A DNA stretch of 64,000 bases. Source: Methylocystis sp. (lineage in GTDB: Bacteria; Pseudomonadota; Alphaproteobacteria; Rhizobiales; Beijerinckiaceae). Shown piece after piece: positions 54,617 to 64,000 of this stretch; within the stretch, counting starts at the first letter, position 1, and the number at the start of each line of letters is the position of its first letter. The translations under genes and the position numbers were made by a program. The DNA lies in contig NZ_JAXMCX010000001.1 in NCBI RefSeq assembly GCF_046349115.1, forward strand, positions 890,963 to 954,962. Direction: 5' to 3'. Below the pieces are notes generated by a model. That model had not been told where the DNA came from. It worked only from the letters and a program-made list of their open reading frames with translations, and did not search any database.

Positions 54617-55585
54617 CTACTGTGACGGATCGCCCGCCTTTGCGTCAGCCTCCCTAGCGCCCAGCTTCTCGGCGACGAGATAGAGCGGTCTTCCCTTTAC
54701 CTCATTAAAAATGCGCGCGACATATTCGCCGAGCACGCCGAGCGAAATCAGCTGAATGCCGGAAAAGAAGGCGATCGACACCACCAGCGTCGGAAAGCCC
54801 GGCGTATCGACGCCAAACAGCATGGTGCGGGTCCAATAATAGCCGGCCAGGGCGAGCGCGAAGGCCGAAATCAACAGGCCGACATAAGTCCAGACCTTCA
54901 GCGGAATCGAGGAAAAGGACATCAGCCCGTCGAGCGCGAAACGCGTCAGCCGAGCGAAGTTGAACGTTGACTTGCCGCCCGCGCGCTCGTCGACGTCGAA
55001 GGGCACGCCGATCGATTTGAACCCGATCCAGGCGAAAAGCCCCTTATTGAAGCGGGCGCGTTCGCGCATGGTCAGCAGCGCGTCCACCGCCTGCCGGTCG
55101 AGGAGGCGGAAGTCGCCGGCGCCGGGCGGCAGCCGCACGTCGCCAAACTTCTCCAGCAAACGGTAAAAGACGCCAGTTAGCGCCGCGCGCAGCTTGGGAT
55201 CGGTCGCGCGATCGATGCGCTGACCATAGACGTTCTTATAGCCTTCCCGCCATTTTTCGATGAACTGGGCGATGACTTCCGGCGGGTGCTGAAGATCGGC
55301 GTCCATGATCACCACGGCGCGCCCTCTGGCGTGATCGAGCCCGGCCGCGATCGCGACCTCCTTGCCGAAATTGCGCGATAGCGCCAGGGCGCAAAAACGC
55401 GGCTCCTCGGCGCAAAGCTCTCGTAGAATGTCCAGGCTCTCGTCGGCCGACCCGTCGTCGACGAAAATGGCCTCGTAGGAGACATCGCAGGCGCCAAGTG
55501 CAGCCTCGATTCGGGCGGCCAGCCGCCGAAGGTTTTGAGCTTCGTTAAAAAGAGGGATGACAAGCGATACGTCTGGGCTGTTCAT
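54617..55585 (-). CDS. GT2 polyisoprenyl-phosphate glycosyltransferase (GtrB/YkoT-like)
   Basis: 'VIPLFNE', 'VDDGSAD', 'SRNFGKE', 'MDADLQHPP', 'GDFRLLDR' and two C-terminal TM helices. Confidence 0.92.
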   Translation of the reverse strand: MNSPDVSLVIPLFNEAQNLRRLAARIEAALGACDVSYEAIFVDDGSADESLDILRELCAEEPRFCALALSRNFGKEVAIAAGLDHARGRAVVIMDADLQHPPEVIAQFIEKWREGYKNVYGQRIDRATDPKLRAALTGVFYRLLEKFGDVRLPPGAGDFRLLDRQAVDALLTMRERARFNKGLFAWIGFKSIGVPFDVDERAGGKSTFNFARLTRFALDGLMSFSSIPLKVWTYVGLLISAFALALAGYYWTRTMLFGVDTPGFPTLVVSIAFFSGIQLISLGVLGEYVARIFNEVKGRPLYLVAEKLGAREADAKAGDPSQ

Positions 55586-55652
55586 GGATGGGTTAAACCA
55601 ATATTTAATGGTGCGGCATAGGGATTATCGCCGAATTCGGAGAGGCGGGCCG

Positions 55653-56540
55653 ATGGCTAGGGAGCAGATTGTTGCGCTGTGCGCTGACGATTATGGCCTG
55701 TCTTACGGGGTCAGCGCCGGCATTTTGGAGGCGCTCGACGCGGGAAGGATCACCGCCGTTTCGGCGCTGGTGAACGGTCCGCGCTGGCCGGCGATGGGGT
55801 TGGAGCTGGTTCGCCACGGTCGCGACGCCGACGTCGGCCTGCATTTCAATCTCACCTTGGGGCGGCCGCTTTCGTCGATGCCGAAATTCGCGCCCAATGG
55901 CGAGTTCCCGCCGCTCGCCCAAGTCGTCAAGATGGCCTACGGCCGGCGGTTGCCGATGGACGAAATCCGCGTGGAGATCGACCGGCAGTTCGACAGGTTC
56001 GAAGCCGTCATGGATCGCCCGCCTGATCATGTCGACGGCCACCAGCATATCCACGTCCTTCCCGGCATCAGAACCGCGCTGCTTGACGCCATGGCGGCGC
56101 GGCGGCTTGGCGGCCGAGTCTGGCTTCGCGATGCGGGAGACGGGGTGCATCGCATTCTGGCGCGCCGCGCCAACGCCCGCAAGGCGCTCTCCGTGCTTTC
56201 GCTGGCCAGCGGCTTTCGCCGGGAGGCGCGCCAGCGCGGCTTTAGCGTCAACGACGGCTTCGCGGGATTTTCGGATTTTCATCCGAGCTTCGATTACGCG
56301 AGAATCTTTCAAAGCTATCTTCGGGCGCCCGGCCGCCGGCATCTTATCATGTGCCATCCGGGCCATGTCGACGAGGACCTGCGGCAGCTCGATCCGGTGA
56401 CGATCACCCGCGAACAGGAACTCGCTTTCCTTCTATCGCCGAAGCTTCCGGAAATGCTCGAGCAGCGCGGCCTTAGACTGGCCCGTCTGTCGCAAACGGA
56501 CAGAAGGCCGCCGGAGGCGCAAGCCGCCGCGGCTCAGTAG
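55653..56540 (+). CDS. ChbG/HpnK (YdjC) family deacetylase
   Basis: 'CADDYG', 'GLHFNLT', 'HVDGHQHIH' and 'MCHPG'. Confidence 0.9.
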   Translation: MAREQIVALCADDYGLSYGVSAGILEALDAGRITAVSALVNGPRWPAMGLELVRHGRDADVGLHFNLTLGRPLSSMPKFAPNGEFPPLAQVVKMAYGRRLPMDEIRVEIDRQFDRFEAVMDRPPDHVDGHQHIHVLPGIRTALLDAMAARRLGGRVWLRDAGDGVHRILARRANARKALSVLSLASGFRREARQRGFSVNDGFAGFSDFHPSFDYARIFQSYLRAPGRRHLIMCHPGHVDEDLRQLDPVTITREQELAFLLSPKLPEMLEQRGLRLARLSQTDRRPPEAQAAAAQ

Positions 56541-57313
56541 ATTCCCTCGAAGGAAATCGGCGCCCGCTTCTTTCCGTCCTTGAGATAGATGTCCTTCAGG
56601 AAGGACGCGCGCCGGCGGTTGAAGTCCTGAAGCCACCAGCCATCGCCCAACGGATCGAAGACCGGGGCGTCGGTGCGGCGAAATAGGCCGGTCGAGCCGA
56701 CGAACTCGACCTTCTCAAACATGCGATCTTCGCTCAGAAAGTCCGCGAGCCGGCTGATCGTCGGAATATGGATGTCGTCGACGACCAGCAGCCCGCCGGG
56801 CTTCAGATGCGGATAGAAGTAGTAATATTCGAGTTCGGGGAACGGAAAGCCGTGCGGTCCGTCGATCAGGACGAGATCGTAAGGCAGGTGATCCTCGTAG
56901 CGCGGCAGCGTCAGCTGAGTCGGACCGAAGACAAGGTCGAGACGATCTTGCCGCGTCGCCGGACAGTTCAAGAAATAATCGACGCTGGAGTTTTCCTGTC
57001 CGCGATCGTCATAGCAGAACACCTTGTGGCGGTCGGCGATGCGCGACAGGAATATTGTCGACTTGCCGCAACCCGTTTCAGCCGAAACGATCGACGTTCC
57101 GGTCAGCAGCCGCTCGATGCGCAACAAGGTGCGCAGCGGCATCGATCCCGCGCTGTGCGCGAAGCCGTAGTCGCGCTCATAGTCGCCGATTTCGGCCGCG
57201 AGCGTTTTGTCGCGAATCGCCTCTGCCCGCAGCGGGCCCGGCATTGACGAGATCGGGGAGCTCCAAAGCCTTCGCCGTGCTCGGCTGATCAGCTTGCGAA
57301 CGAAGGAAGGCAT
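56534..57313 (-). CDS. Class I SAM methyltransferase (Methyltransf_24-like)
   Basis: 'AETGCGKST', 'YDLVLIDGPH' and 'LKPGGLLVVDD'. Confidence 0.8.
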   Translation of the reverse strand: MPSFVRKLISRARRRLWSSPISSMPGPLRAEAIRDKTLAAEIGDYERDYGFAHSAGSMPLRTLLRIERLLTGTSIVSAETGCGKSTIFLSRIADRHKVFCYDDRGQENSSVDYFLNCPATRQDRLDLVFGPTQLTLPRYEDHLPYDLVLIDGPHGFPFPELEYYYFYPHLKPGGLLVVDDIHIPTISRLADFLSEDRMFEKVEFVGSTGLFRRTDAPVFDPLGDGWWLQDFNRRRASFLKDIYLKDGKKRAPISFEGIY

Positions 57314-57419
57314 GGCTCCTGAGGGTTTTCGAGGTACCGGGAGAGGGTTTATAGCAGCGCGCGCGATCCCAAGAAAGCGACCGGCGACTTTGCGCCGCGA
57401 TCGTTGACTTAACAGGAAA

Positions 57420-58274
57420 TCATCTGCTGATTTCAATATCTAAGCCGAAGTCGAAACTTGGCGCGGAATGGGTGAGCGCCCCGACGGAGATGAGATCGAC
57501 CCCGGTTTGGGCGATTTCGGCGACATTCGCGAGCGTGACCCCGCCAGAAGCTTCGCAGATCATTCGACCGCCGACGAGCGCGACGGCGCGGCGCAGATCG
57601 TCGAGCGTCATATTGTCGAGCAGCACGGCGTCGGCTCCCTCGTCGAGAACTTCCCGCAGCTGGTCGAGCGTATCGACCTCGATTTCCACCTTCACGAGAT
57701 GGCCCACATTCGCCTTCGCCGCCCTGAGCGCCGGAATAACGCCCCCGGCGACGGCGATGTGATTGTCCTTGATGAGCACGGCGTCGTCGAGGCCGAAGCG
57801 ATGATTGACCCCGCCGCCGCAGCGCACCGCGTATTTCTCCAGGGCGCGCAACAGCGGCGTGGTTTTGCGGGTGTCGCAGATGCGCGCCGACGCTGCCGCA
57901 ACCGCTTCGACATAGCGGGCGGTAAGCGTGGCGACCCCCGAGAGCCGGCCAAGAAAATTAAGCGCGACGCGTTCGGCGGTAAGGATCGCGCGCGCCGGGC
58001 CTGACACAAGCGCGATCAGCAATTCTGGCGCGATTTGGTCGCCGTCGTTCGCCTGCGCCTCGAACATGATGCCCCCGTCGGCGAGAGCGAAGGCGGCGCG
58101 CGCCGCCGCAAGTCCGGCGACGACGCCGCGGTCGCGGGCGACGATGGCGGCGTTCGCCTGGGCGTTCGCCGGAATGGTCGCCTGCGTCGTGACGTCGCCG
58201 GCGCGGCCCAGATCTTCGGCGAGCGCGGCGCGAACAATTTCTTCGACCAGCATCGGCGGCAATTCGTAAATCAT
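57420..58274 (-). CDS. nadC: Quinolinate phosphoribosyltransferase
   Basis: '[10 protein letters not shown]', 'DTRKTTP', '[16 protein letters not shown]', 'VLLDNM' and 'ISVGALTHS'. Confidence 0.97.
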   Translation of the reverse strand: MIYELPPMLVEEIVRAALAEDLGRAGDVTTQATIPANAQANAAIVARDRGVVAGLAAARAAFALADGGIMFEAQANDGDQIAPELLIALVSGPARAILTAERVALNFLGRLSGVATLTARYVEAVAAASARICDTRKTTPLLRALEKYAVRCGGGVNHRFGLDDAVLIKDNHIAVAGGVIPALRAAKANVGHLVKVEIEVDTLDQLREVLDEGADAVLLDNMTLDDLRRAVALVGGRMICEASGGVTLANVAEIAQTGVDLISVGALTHSAPSFDFGLDIEISR

Positions 58275-59815
58275 GCCGCAACCTCGTCAGCGATTCGAAG
58301 CACAGCGTCGAGCGTAATGTGGGAGCGTCGCGCGAGCGCGGCGTCCGACTGCGGAAAGTCCGATCGGAAATGCGCGCCGCGACTCTCGCGCCGCGCCAGC
58401 GCCGCAGATGCGACAACGAGGCTCGTCGTCAGCATATTATGCGCCTCGATGTCGCGCGCGTGCGACATCATCCGGCGGATCGATCGCACTGCGGCGGTCA
58501 GTCCCGCGCCGCTGCGGATGACGCCGACATTCGCGGACATCAGATCGCGCAACTCCTCGATCGCGGCGAAATCACGCTCGCGCGGCGCCGGTTCGATCCG
58601 ATCCGCCTGCGGTCGCCATTCGACGGGCGAGACCGGCGTCGCGCGCACATCCGCCGCGACGCGCGCGCCGAATACGATCGCTTCGAGAAGAGAATTCGAC
58701 GCGAGGCGGTTCGCGCCGTGAACGCCGGTCGACGCAACTTCGCCGACCGCCCAAAGCCCGTCGAGGCTGGTGCGTCCACGCGCGTCGGTCCAGACGCCGC
58801 CCATATGGTAATGCGCCGCCGGCGCGATCGGGATCAGTTGGCGCGACGGATCGATTCCGGCGCTCACGCAGCTTCCGTAAACTGTTGGAAAGCGTGTCGG
58901 GAACTCAGCGCCGACCGCCGACCGGGCGTCAAGGAAGGCGCCATTGCCGGCCTCGATGCTGGCGAAGACTCCTCTTGCGACGATGTCGCGCGGCGCGAGT
59001 TCGCCGGCCGGATCAATGTCGAGCAAAAAACGTCGTCCATTGCGGTCGACGATCGCCGCGCCTTCGCCTCGGAGCGCTTCGGTCGCGAGCGGCGCGGGAT
59101 CGGCGTCGATGTCGATCGCCGTCGGGTGAAACTGGACGAATTCCGCGTCGGCGATCGCTGCGCCGGCCCGCGCCGCCATCGCGACGCCGATGCCGCGCGC
59201 CTCCAGCGGATTGGTCGTGACCCGGTAAAGATGGCCGATGCCGCCGGTCGCGAGAATGAGCGCCGCGCAAGGCATGTCATGGATCATGCCGTCGTTGTCG
59301 CGGGCGCGCACGCCGATCGCCCGGCCGGCGCGCATCACGATTTCCTGCGCGAAATAGCCTTCGAAGACGCGGATCGACGGGGTTCTGGCGACTTCCTTCG
59401 CCAGCGTGTCCATGATCGCCCGCCCGGCGACGTCGCCTTGGACGCGAACGATCCGCCGGCGCGAATGCGCCGCCTCCTGCGACGGGAGAAAGCCGCCGAG
59501 GACCGATCGATCGAAGGGCGTTCCCATCGCGGCCAAATCTTCAACGCGGGCGCGCGCTTCCCGCGCCATGCCGAGCGCGATGTCGCGCTCGACGATGCCG
59601 CCGCCGGCCGCCACCGTGTCATTGGCGTGGTTTTCAGGCGTGTCGCCTTCTTCGACGGCGGCGGCGATGCCGCCCTGCGCCCAAAAGGATGCGCCGCTGA
59701 TTCCGATCGGAGTCGGCGCGAAAATCGCCACCGGAGTCGGCGCCAGCTTTAGCGCGCAGAACACGCCGGCGAGCCCGCCGCCGACGATGATGATGGAAGG
59801 CAAATCCTCGCGCAT
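58271..59815 (-). CDS. nadB: L-aspartate oxidase
   Basis: 'IVGGGLAG', 'WAQGGIAA', 'FVQFHPT', 'AHYHMGGV', '[13 protein letters not shown]' and 'ESRGAH'. Confidence 0.96.
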   Translation of the reverse strand: MREDLPSIIIVGGGLAGVFCALKLAPTPVAIFAPTPIGISGASFWAQGGIAAAVEEGDTPENHANDTVAAGGGIVERDIALGMAREARARVEDLAAMGTPFDRSVLGGFLPSQEAAHSRRRIVRVQGDVAGRAIMDTLAKEVARTPSIRVFEGYFAQEIVMRAGRAIGVRARDNDGMIHDMPCAALILATGGIGHLYRVTTNPLEARGIGVAMAARAGAAIADAEFVQFHPTAIDIDADPAPLATEALRGEGAAIVDRNGRRFLLDIDPAGELAPRDIVARGVFASIEAGNGAFLDARSAVGAEFPTRFPTVYGSCVSAGIDPSRQLIPIAPAAHYHMGGVWTDARGRTSLDGLWAVGEVASTGVHGANRLASNSLLEAIVFGARVAADVRATPVSPVEWRPQADRIEPAPRERDFAAIEELRDLMSANVGVIRSGAGLTAAVRSIRRMMSHARDIEAHNMLTTSLVVASAALARRESRGAHFRSDFPQSDAALARRSHITLDAVLRIADEVAA

Positions 59816-59821
59816 CGACCG

Positions 59822-60442
59822 CTAATCGATCGCGACCGCCGCGAGCCGCGCGAGCGCTCCGGCTTCGCGGGCGATGGCGGCTTCGACAAGCCCGCGCGCG
59901 CGTGGGGGAAATGACAGGGTCAGCGCCGCCGCATGTCCCTTGGGCGACATTTTGCACAAGGTCTTGCCGAGAATGTCGACGAGCTTGTCGTCGGGGTAAT
60001 CGCGGTGCTTTTCTAAAAAATCGTCGAAGTAATGTTCGAGGAAGACGATCGCGGCGATGTTTTCCAGCGCCTGCGACTCAGGGTCCTTCTTGAGCTGCTC
60101 CTTGCGGATCAGCGCGCCGACATGGGCGATCGCCGGCGCGTCATAGCCATGCGCGCGCATGATGTCGGCGACGAGATTAGCGTGATGGATGCGGCAGGCG
60201 CGTCGCCAGTCGTTGTAGCCGCGACGGCCTTCGTCATAATCCGCGCGGTCGATCTCCCAGCGGCGCACATGTTGCGCCCGCGTCGCGATCTTGAGCAGAT
60301 CGGAAGCGTCGGGATAGAGCGCGGCGAGCCGCGCGCTCATGCGCTCGGCATAGACCAGTTCGAAGGCGCGGCCCTCGATCTGGCGGGGGTCGTCGGCATT
60401 GGCGGCGTCGATGGCCGCAATCGTCGCATCGAGCGCCGGCAT
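59822..60442 (-). CDS. DUF4202 domain protein
   Basis: 'IDAANADDP', 'YAERM', 'RAQHVRRW...GYNDWR' and 'FLEHY'. Confidence 0.85.
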   Translation of the reverse strand: MPALDATIAAIDAANADDPRQIEGRAFELVYAERMSARLAALYPDASDLLKIATRAQHVRRWEIDRADYDEGRRGYNDWRRACRIHHANLVADIMRAHGYDAPAIAHVGALIRKEQLKKDPESQALENIAAIVFLEHYFDDFLEKHRDYPDDKLVDILGKTLCKMSPKGHAAALTLSFPPRARGLVEAAIAREAGALARLAAVAID

Positions 60443-60481
60443 GGTTCGCCCTGTTCAAGAGAGGCCGAAGCGGCCAGCAGT

Positions 60482-61582
60482 CTAGCCCAGATCGATCATG
60501 CGCTGCACGCTGCGGCGCGCGCGCGCGGCGATTGCGGGATCGACGGTGACTTCTTCGCGAACGTAAAGCAGGCTGTCGAGGATTTTCGGCAGCGTGATCC
60601 GCTTCATATGCGGGCAGAAGTTGCAAGGCCGTACGAATTCGACGTCCGGCGTTTCGGCGGCGACATTGTCGGCCATCGAACATTCGGTGACGAGCAGCAC
60701 GCGGGCCGGCTTTCTGCTGCGCACAAAGTCGATCATCGCCGCCGTCGAACCGGCGAAATCGGCGACCTCGACCACTTCGCGCGGACATTCCGGATGCGCC
60801 AGCACCTGCACGCCAGGATGATCGGCGCGATAATTCTCGATCTCCTCGGCGGTGAAGCGCTCATGCACTTCGCAGGCGCCATGCCAGGCGATGATTTTCA
60901 CCTTGGTCTGCGCGGCGACATTCTGCGCCAGATAGCGGTCGGGGACCATGATCACGCGATCGGCGCCGAGACTTTCGACGACTTTGACCGCGTTCGACGA
61001 GGTGCAGCAGATGTCCACTTCCGCCTTCACGTCGGCCGAGGTGTTGACATAGGCGACGACGGGAACGCCGGGATATTGCTTGCGCAAGGAGCGCACGTCG
61101 GCGCCGGTGATCGACTCCGCGAGCGAACAGCCGGCGTTGAGGTCCGGCATGAGCACGACCTTATCGGGATTAAGCAGCTTCGACGTTTCCGCCATGAAAT
61201 GCACGCCGCCCTGCACGATGATCTCGGCGTCGGATGTCGCCGCGAGCTTGGCGAGCTGCAGGCTGTCGCCGATGTGATCGGCGACGCAATGGTAAATTTC
61301 CGGCGTCATGTAATTATGCGCGAGAATGGTGGCGTTGCGCGCGAGTTTCAGATCGTTGATCGCCTTCACGTAAGGCGCGTGAAACGGCCATTCGACAGGC
61401 GGAATGACTCGCGCCACGCGCTCATAAAGATGCGCGGTGGCGGCCTGAACCTCAGGGGTCCATTCTAGAGCCGGGCGGGGCAGGATCGGAAACCGGCCGT
61501 TCGGGCCGACGCCAAGCGCGTTTGCCAAAGGCTCGCGCGTCATGCTCGATACGCCGCGCACATCGCCAGTCAGGTGAGTCAT
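60482..61582 (-). CDS. nadA: Quinolinate synthase A
   Basis: 'ILAHNYM', 'GDSLQLA', 'VHFMAET', 'AGCSLA', 'YVNTSA', 'CEVH', 'AHPEC' and 'CPHMK'. Confidence 0.97.
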   Translation of the reverse strand: MTHLTGDVRGVSSMTREPLANALGVGPNGRFPILPRPALEWTPEVQAATAHLYERVARVIPPVEWPFHAPYVKAINDLKLARNATILAHNYMTPEIYHCVADHIGDSLQLAKLAATSDAEIIVQGGVHFMAETSKLLNPDKVVLMPDLNAGCSLAESITGADVRSLRKQYPGVPVVAYVNTSADVKAEVDICCTSSNAVKVVESLGADRVIMVPDRYLAQNVAAQTKVKIIAWHGACEVHERFTAEEIENYRADHPGVQVLAHPECPREVVEVADFAGSTAAMIDFVRSRKPARVLLVTECSMADNVAAETPDVEFVRPCNFCPHMKRITLPKILDSLLYVREEVTVDPAIAARARRSVQRMIDLG

Positions 61583-61596
61583 GGTTCAATGCCTCC

Positions 61597-61623
61597 TACT
61601 TATACTCAAAGTGAGTATAAGTA
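61597..61623. promoter_or_regulatory. NadQ-type operator palindrome upstream of nadA
   Basis: TACTTATACTCA-AAG-TGAGTATAAGTA is a perfect 12-bp inverted repeat; its core matches the NadQ motif ttATRCTCA-N3-TGAGYATaa. Confidence 0.85.
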
Positions 61624-61827
61624 GACCCGATAAAATCTCCGAGACGGGTCCCCGCCCGGAGCGCTCAAGCCTTCAAGACTAAGCCGCGATTAACGATCTC
61701 GCAACCGTCGTTGCGCATGACATGTGCTCGCCGCGAGCATATGTCAAGCGAAACACTGGCGCGGGCGACCCTGAACGAGGCGGCGGCGGACGCTTCCGGC
61801 GCCGGGCAAAGCTGCTATAGACGGCGC

Positions 61828-62778
61828 ATGGAAACTGGGAAGACGCAGGCTTTATTCCCGCACCGGCACCTTCTCGGCATTGAAGGGCTGAGCCGTCCAG
61901 ACATTGAGATTCTTCTCGACATGGCCGAGGAGGCGATCGAAGTGTCCCGGCGGGTCGATAAGAAGCGCTCGAATTTGCGCGGACGCACGCAAATCAATCT
62001 GTTCTACGAACCCTCGACCCGCACCCAGGCGTCCTTCGAGATCGCCGGCAAGCGTCTCGGCGCGGACGTGATGAACATGTCGGTGGCGCGCTCCTCGGAA
62101 TCGAAGGGCGAGACCCTGATCGACACGGCGGTGACGCTCAATGCGATGCGGCCGGACATTATCGTCGTTCGTCATGCGCAGGCGGGGGCGGTCCATCTTC
62201 TGGCGCGCAAGGTCGATTGTTCGGTGGTCAACGCCGGCGACGGCGCGCATGAACACCCGACGCAGGCGCTGCTCGACGCGCTGACGATCCGGCGCAACAA
62301 GGGCCGCATCGAAGGGCTGACGGTGGCGATCTGCGGCGACGTTCTGCATTCGCGCGTCGCCCGGTCGAACATTCTGCTGCTCGGCGCGCTCGGCGCCGTT
62401 GTCCGCGTGATTGGGCCCTCGACGCTCGTCCCGGACAGTCTCTCTCGGCTCGGCGTCGACGTGTTTCACGACATGCGGCGCGGGCTCGAGGGCGCCGACA
62501 TCGTCATGATGCTGCGGCTTCAGCGCGAGCGCATGGCCGGCGCGCTGACGCCGAGCGCGCGCGAATATTTCCATTTCTTCGGACTGGATGAGGAGAAGCT
62601 CGCCTGCGCCGCGCCGGACGCGCTGGTGATGCATCCGGGGCCGATGAATCGCGGGGTCGAAATCGACAGCGCCGTCGCCGACAGCGCCCGCTCGCTTATT
62701 CGCGAACAGGTCGAGATGGGCGTCGCGGTGCGCATGGCGGTGCTGGAAGCGCTCGCGCAGCATCTGCCGAATGTGTAA
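61828..62778 (+). CDS. pyrB: Aspartate carbamoyltransferase catalytic subunit
   Basis: 'FYEPSTRT', 'KGETLIDT', '[10 protein letters not shown]', '[11 protein letters not shown]' and 'HPGPMNRG'. Confidence 0.97.
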   Translation: METGKTQALFPHRHLLGIEGLSRPDIEILLDMAEEAIEVSRRVDKKRSNLRGRTQINLFYEPSTRTQASFEIAGKRLGADVMNMSVARSSESKGETLIDTAVTLNAMRPDIIVVRHAQAGAVHLLARKVDCSVVNAGDGAHEHPTQALLDALTIRRNKGRIEGLTVAICGDVLHSRVARSNILLLGALGAVVRVIGPSTLVPDSLSRLGVDVFHDMRRGLEGADIVMMLRLQRERMAGALTPSAREYFHFFGLDEEKLACAAPDALVMHPGPMNRGVEIDSAVADSARSLIREQVEMGVAVRMAVLEALAQHLPNV

Positions 62779-62813
62779 GCTCGCCAAAAAACAAATGATC
62801 CGAGGGGAGTAAG

Positions 62814-63227
62814 ATGGTCAAGCTCGTCCGCTTCGTAGGACTGATCATACAGTCGATCCTAGTCGAGTTCTTGCATGTGTTCGGGCTTGTCGCCTTTCTC
62901 GTCGCAGCGGCGCTCGGCTATTTCCGGCTGCCGTCCTGGCTCGTGCCGATCGTCGGCATCATCTGCGGCGTCATCGCCGACAAATACGTCGATCAAAGTG
63001 AAGTAGTCAGCATTCTGGAAAAGGCGGCGTCGGCGAATATGCGCGGCGGCTTCCTGGTGATCGTCTATATCGTGATCGTCGCGGTCGGTTATGTCATCGG
63101 CGCCTATTCGCGACAGTGGCTGTATCAACGCAAGAGCGCTCAAGCCGCGCCGGCCCCGGCGCCAAAGCCGAGCCCCGCGCCAAAGCCGCAGCAAAAGCGC
63201 AATAGAAGCGGTTCGTCGAAAAGCTGA
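62814..63227 (+). CDS. Hypothetical membrane protein
   Basis: RBS GAGGGGAG; three to four hydrophobic segments. Confidence 0.7.
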   Translation: MVKLVRFVGLIIQSILVEFLHVFGLVAFLVAAALGYFRLPSWLVPIVGIICGVIADKYVDQSEVVSILEKAASANMRGGFLVIVYIVIVAVGYVIGAYSRQWLYQRKSAQAAPAPAPKPSPAPKPQQKRNRSGSSKS

Positions 63228-63252
63228 AGGACGCGCGCCGGCGCCGGCGCGC

Positions 63253-64000
63253 TTACAGCCCCTCGAACAGCGCGGTCGAAAGATAGCGTTCGGCGAAGGA
63301 GGGGATGATGATGACGATATTCTTGCCGGCGGCTTCGGGTCGTCCGGCGATTTCCAGCGCGGCGGCGACCGCGGCGCCCGACGAGATGCCGACCGGAATG
63401 CCTTCGATGCGAGCCAGCAGCCGCGCCGTCTCGAAGGCCGTCTGATTGCCGATGGTGACGATTTCGTCGATCACGCTGCGGTCGAGAATTGGCGGCACGA
63501 AGCCCGCGCCGATGCCCTGAATTTTGTGCGGACCGGGCGGCCGTCCGGAAAGCACCGCCGAATCCTCAGGCTCCACGGCGACGACGCGCAGGGCGGGGCG
63601 GCGCGCCTTCAACGCCTGGCCGACGCCGGTGATCGTGCCGCCAGTGCCGACGCCTGAGACGAAATAGTCGACTTCGCCATTGGTGTCGTTCCAGATTTCC
63701 TCCGCCGTCGTGGCGCGGTGAATCTCGGGATTGGCGGGATTCTCGAACTGCTGCGGGATGATCGCGTCCGGGTTCTCGGCGGCAAGTTCGCTGGCCTTGG
63801 CGAGCGCGCCCTTCATGCCTTGCGAGGCCGGGGTGAGCACCAGTTCGGCCCCGAGCAGCGCCAGCATCTTGCGCCGCTCGAGCGACATCGACTCGGGCAT
63901 GACGAGAATCAGCCGATAGCCGCGCGCCGCCGCGACGAAGGCGAGCGCGATGCCGGTATTGCCTGACGTCGGCTCGATCAACACCGATTTCCCCGGCGTG
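63253..64000 (-). CDS. cysK: Cysteine synthase A (5' end outside window)
   Basis: 'EPTSGNTGI', 'QQFENPAN', 'GVGTGGT', '[10 protein letters not shown]' and 'SFAERYLST'. Confidence 0.96.
   Translation of the reverse strand, partial: TPGKSVLIEPTSGNTGIALAFVAAARGYRLILVMPESMSLERRKMLALLGAELVLTPASQGMKGALAKASELAAENPDAIIPQQFENPANPEIHRATTAEEIWNDTNGEVDYFVSGVGTGGTITGVGQALKARRPALRVVAVEPEDSAVLSGRPPGPHKIQGIGAGFVPPILDRSVIDEIVTIGNQTAFETARLLARIEGIPVGISSGAAVAAALEIAGRPEAAGKNIVIIIPSFAERYLSTALFEGL

Noticed and set aside
1-64000. Many long alternative-frame ORFs in the track (e.g. 564..1766-, 1842..3119-, 46992..48254+, 58319..59752+, 60032..61468+)
   Set aside because: They are antisense or frame shadows of well-supported genes in GC-rich DNA; Arg/Ala-rich with no family motifs.
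1-64000. CRISPR array, rRNA, integrase, transposase or IS ends
   Set aside because: No regularly spaced DNA repeats or recognisable recombinase/transposase motifs were seen by eye; very degraded relics could be missed.

Overview
GC-rich alphaproteobacterial chromosome segment; gene content and protein style suggest Hyphomicrobiales, probably Methylocystaceae (inference). Core blocks are an RsmB-family MTase, uvrB, hflK-hflC-htrA, tRNA-Gly-ispE-rlmB, ubiG/lysC, murJ, nadA-DUF4202-nadB-nadC with a NadQ-type operator, pyrB and cysK. They flank two accessory regions. (1) About 8.4-36.6 kb, on the 3' side of tRNA-Ser(GCT), is a compositionally mosaic glycan/lipid-tailoring island: six SAM methyltransferases, a P450, a stand-alone fatty acyl-AMP ligase plus ACP, three glycosyltransferases (two giant, one with 7 tandem ~37-aa repeats), two PhyH-type dioxygenases, a pyruvyl transferase, a TPR-alpha/beta hydrolase, a complete GDP-heptose pathway and a sulfotransferase. 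It contains no polymer export genes and no PKS/NRPS. (2) About 41.4-46.3 kb, on the 3' side of tRNA-Thr(TGT), is a candidate molybdenum module: two ModE-type Mo-boxes in a divergent promoter region in front of a 93-aa orphan and a TonB-dependent receptor, converging on molybdenum storage protein genes mosB-mosA. The best candidates for an undescribed system are this putative Mo-regulated outer-membrane uptake plus storage module and the FAAL-ACP-GT2 / P450-MTase-MTase divergon. No CRISPR array, rRNA, integrase or transposase was seen. No database searches were run; family calls come from motifs read in the translations.
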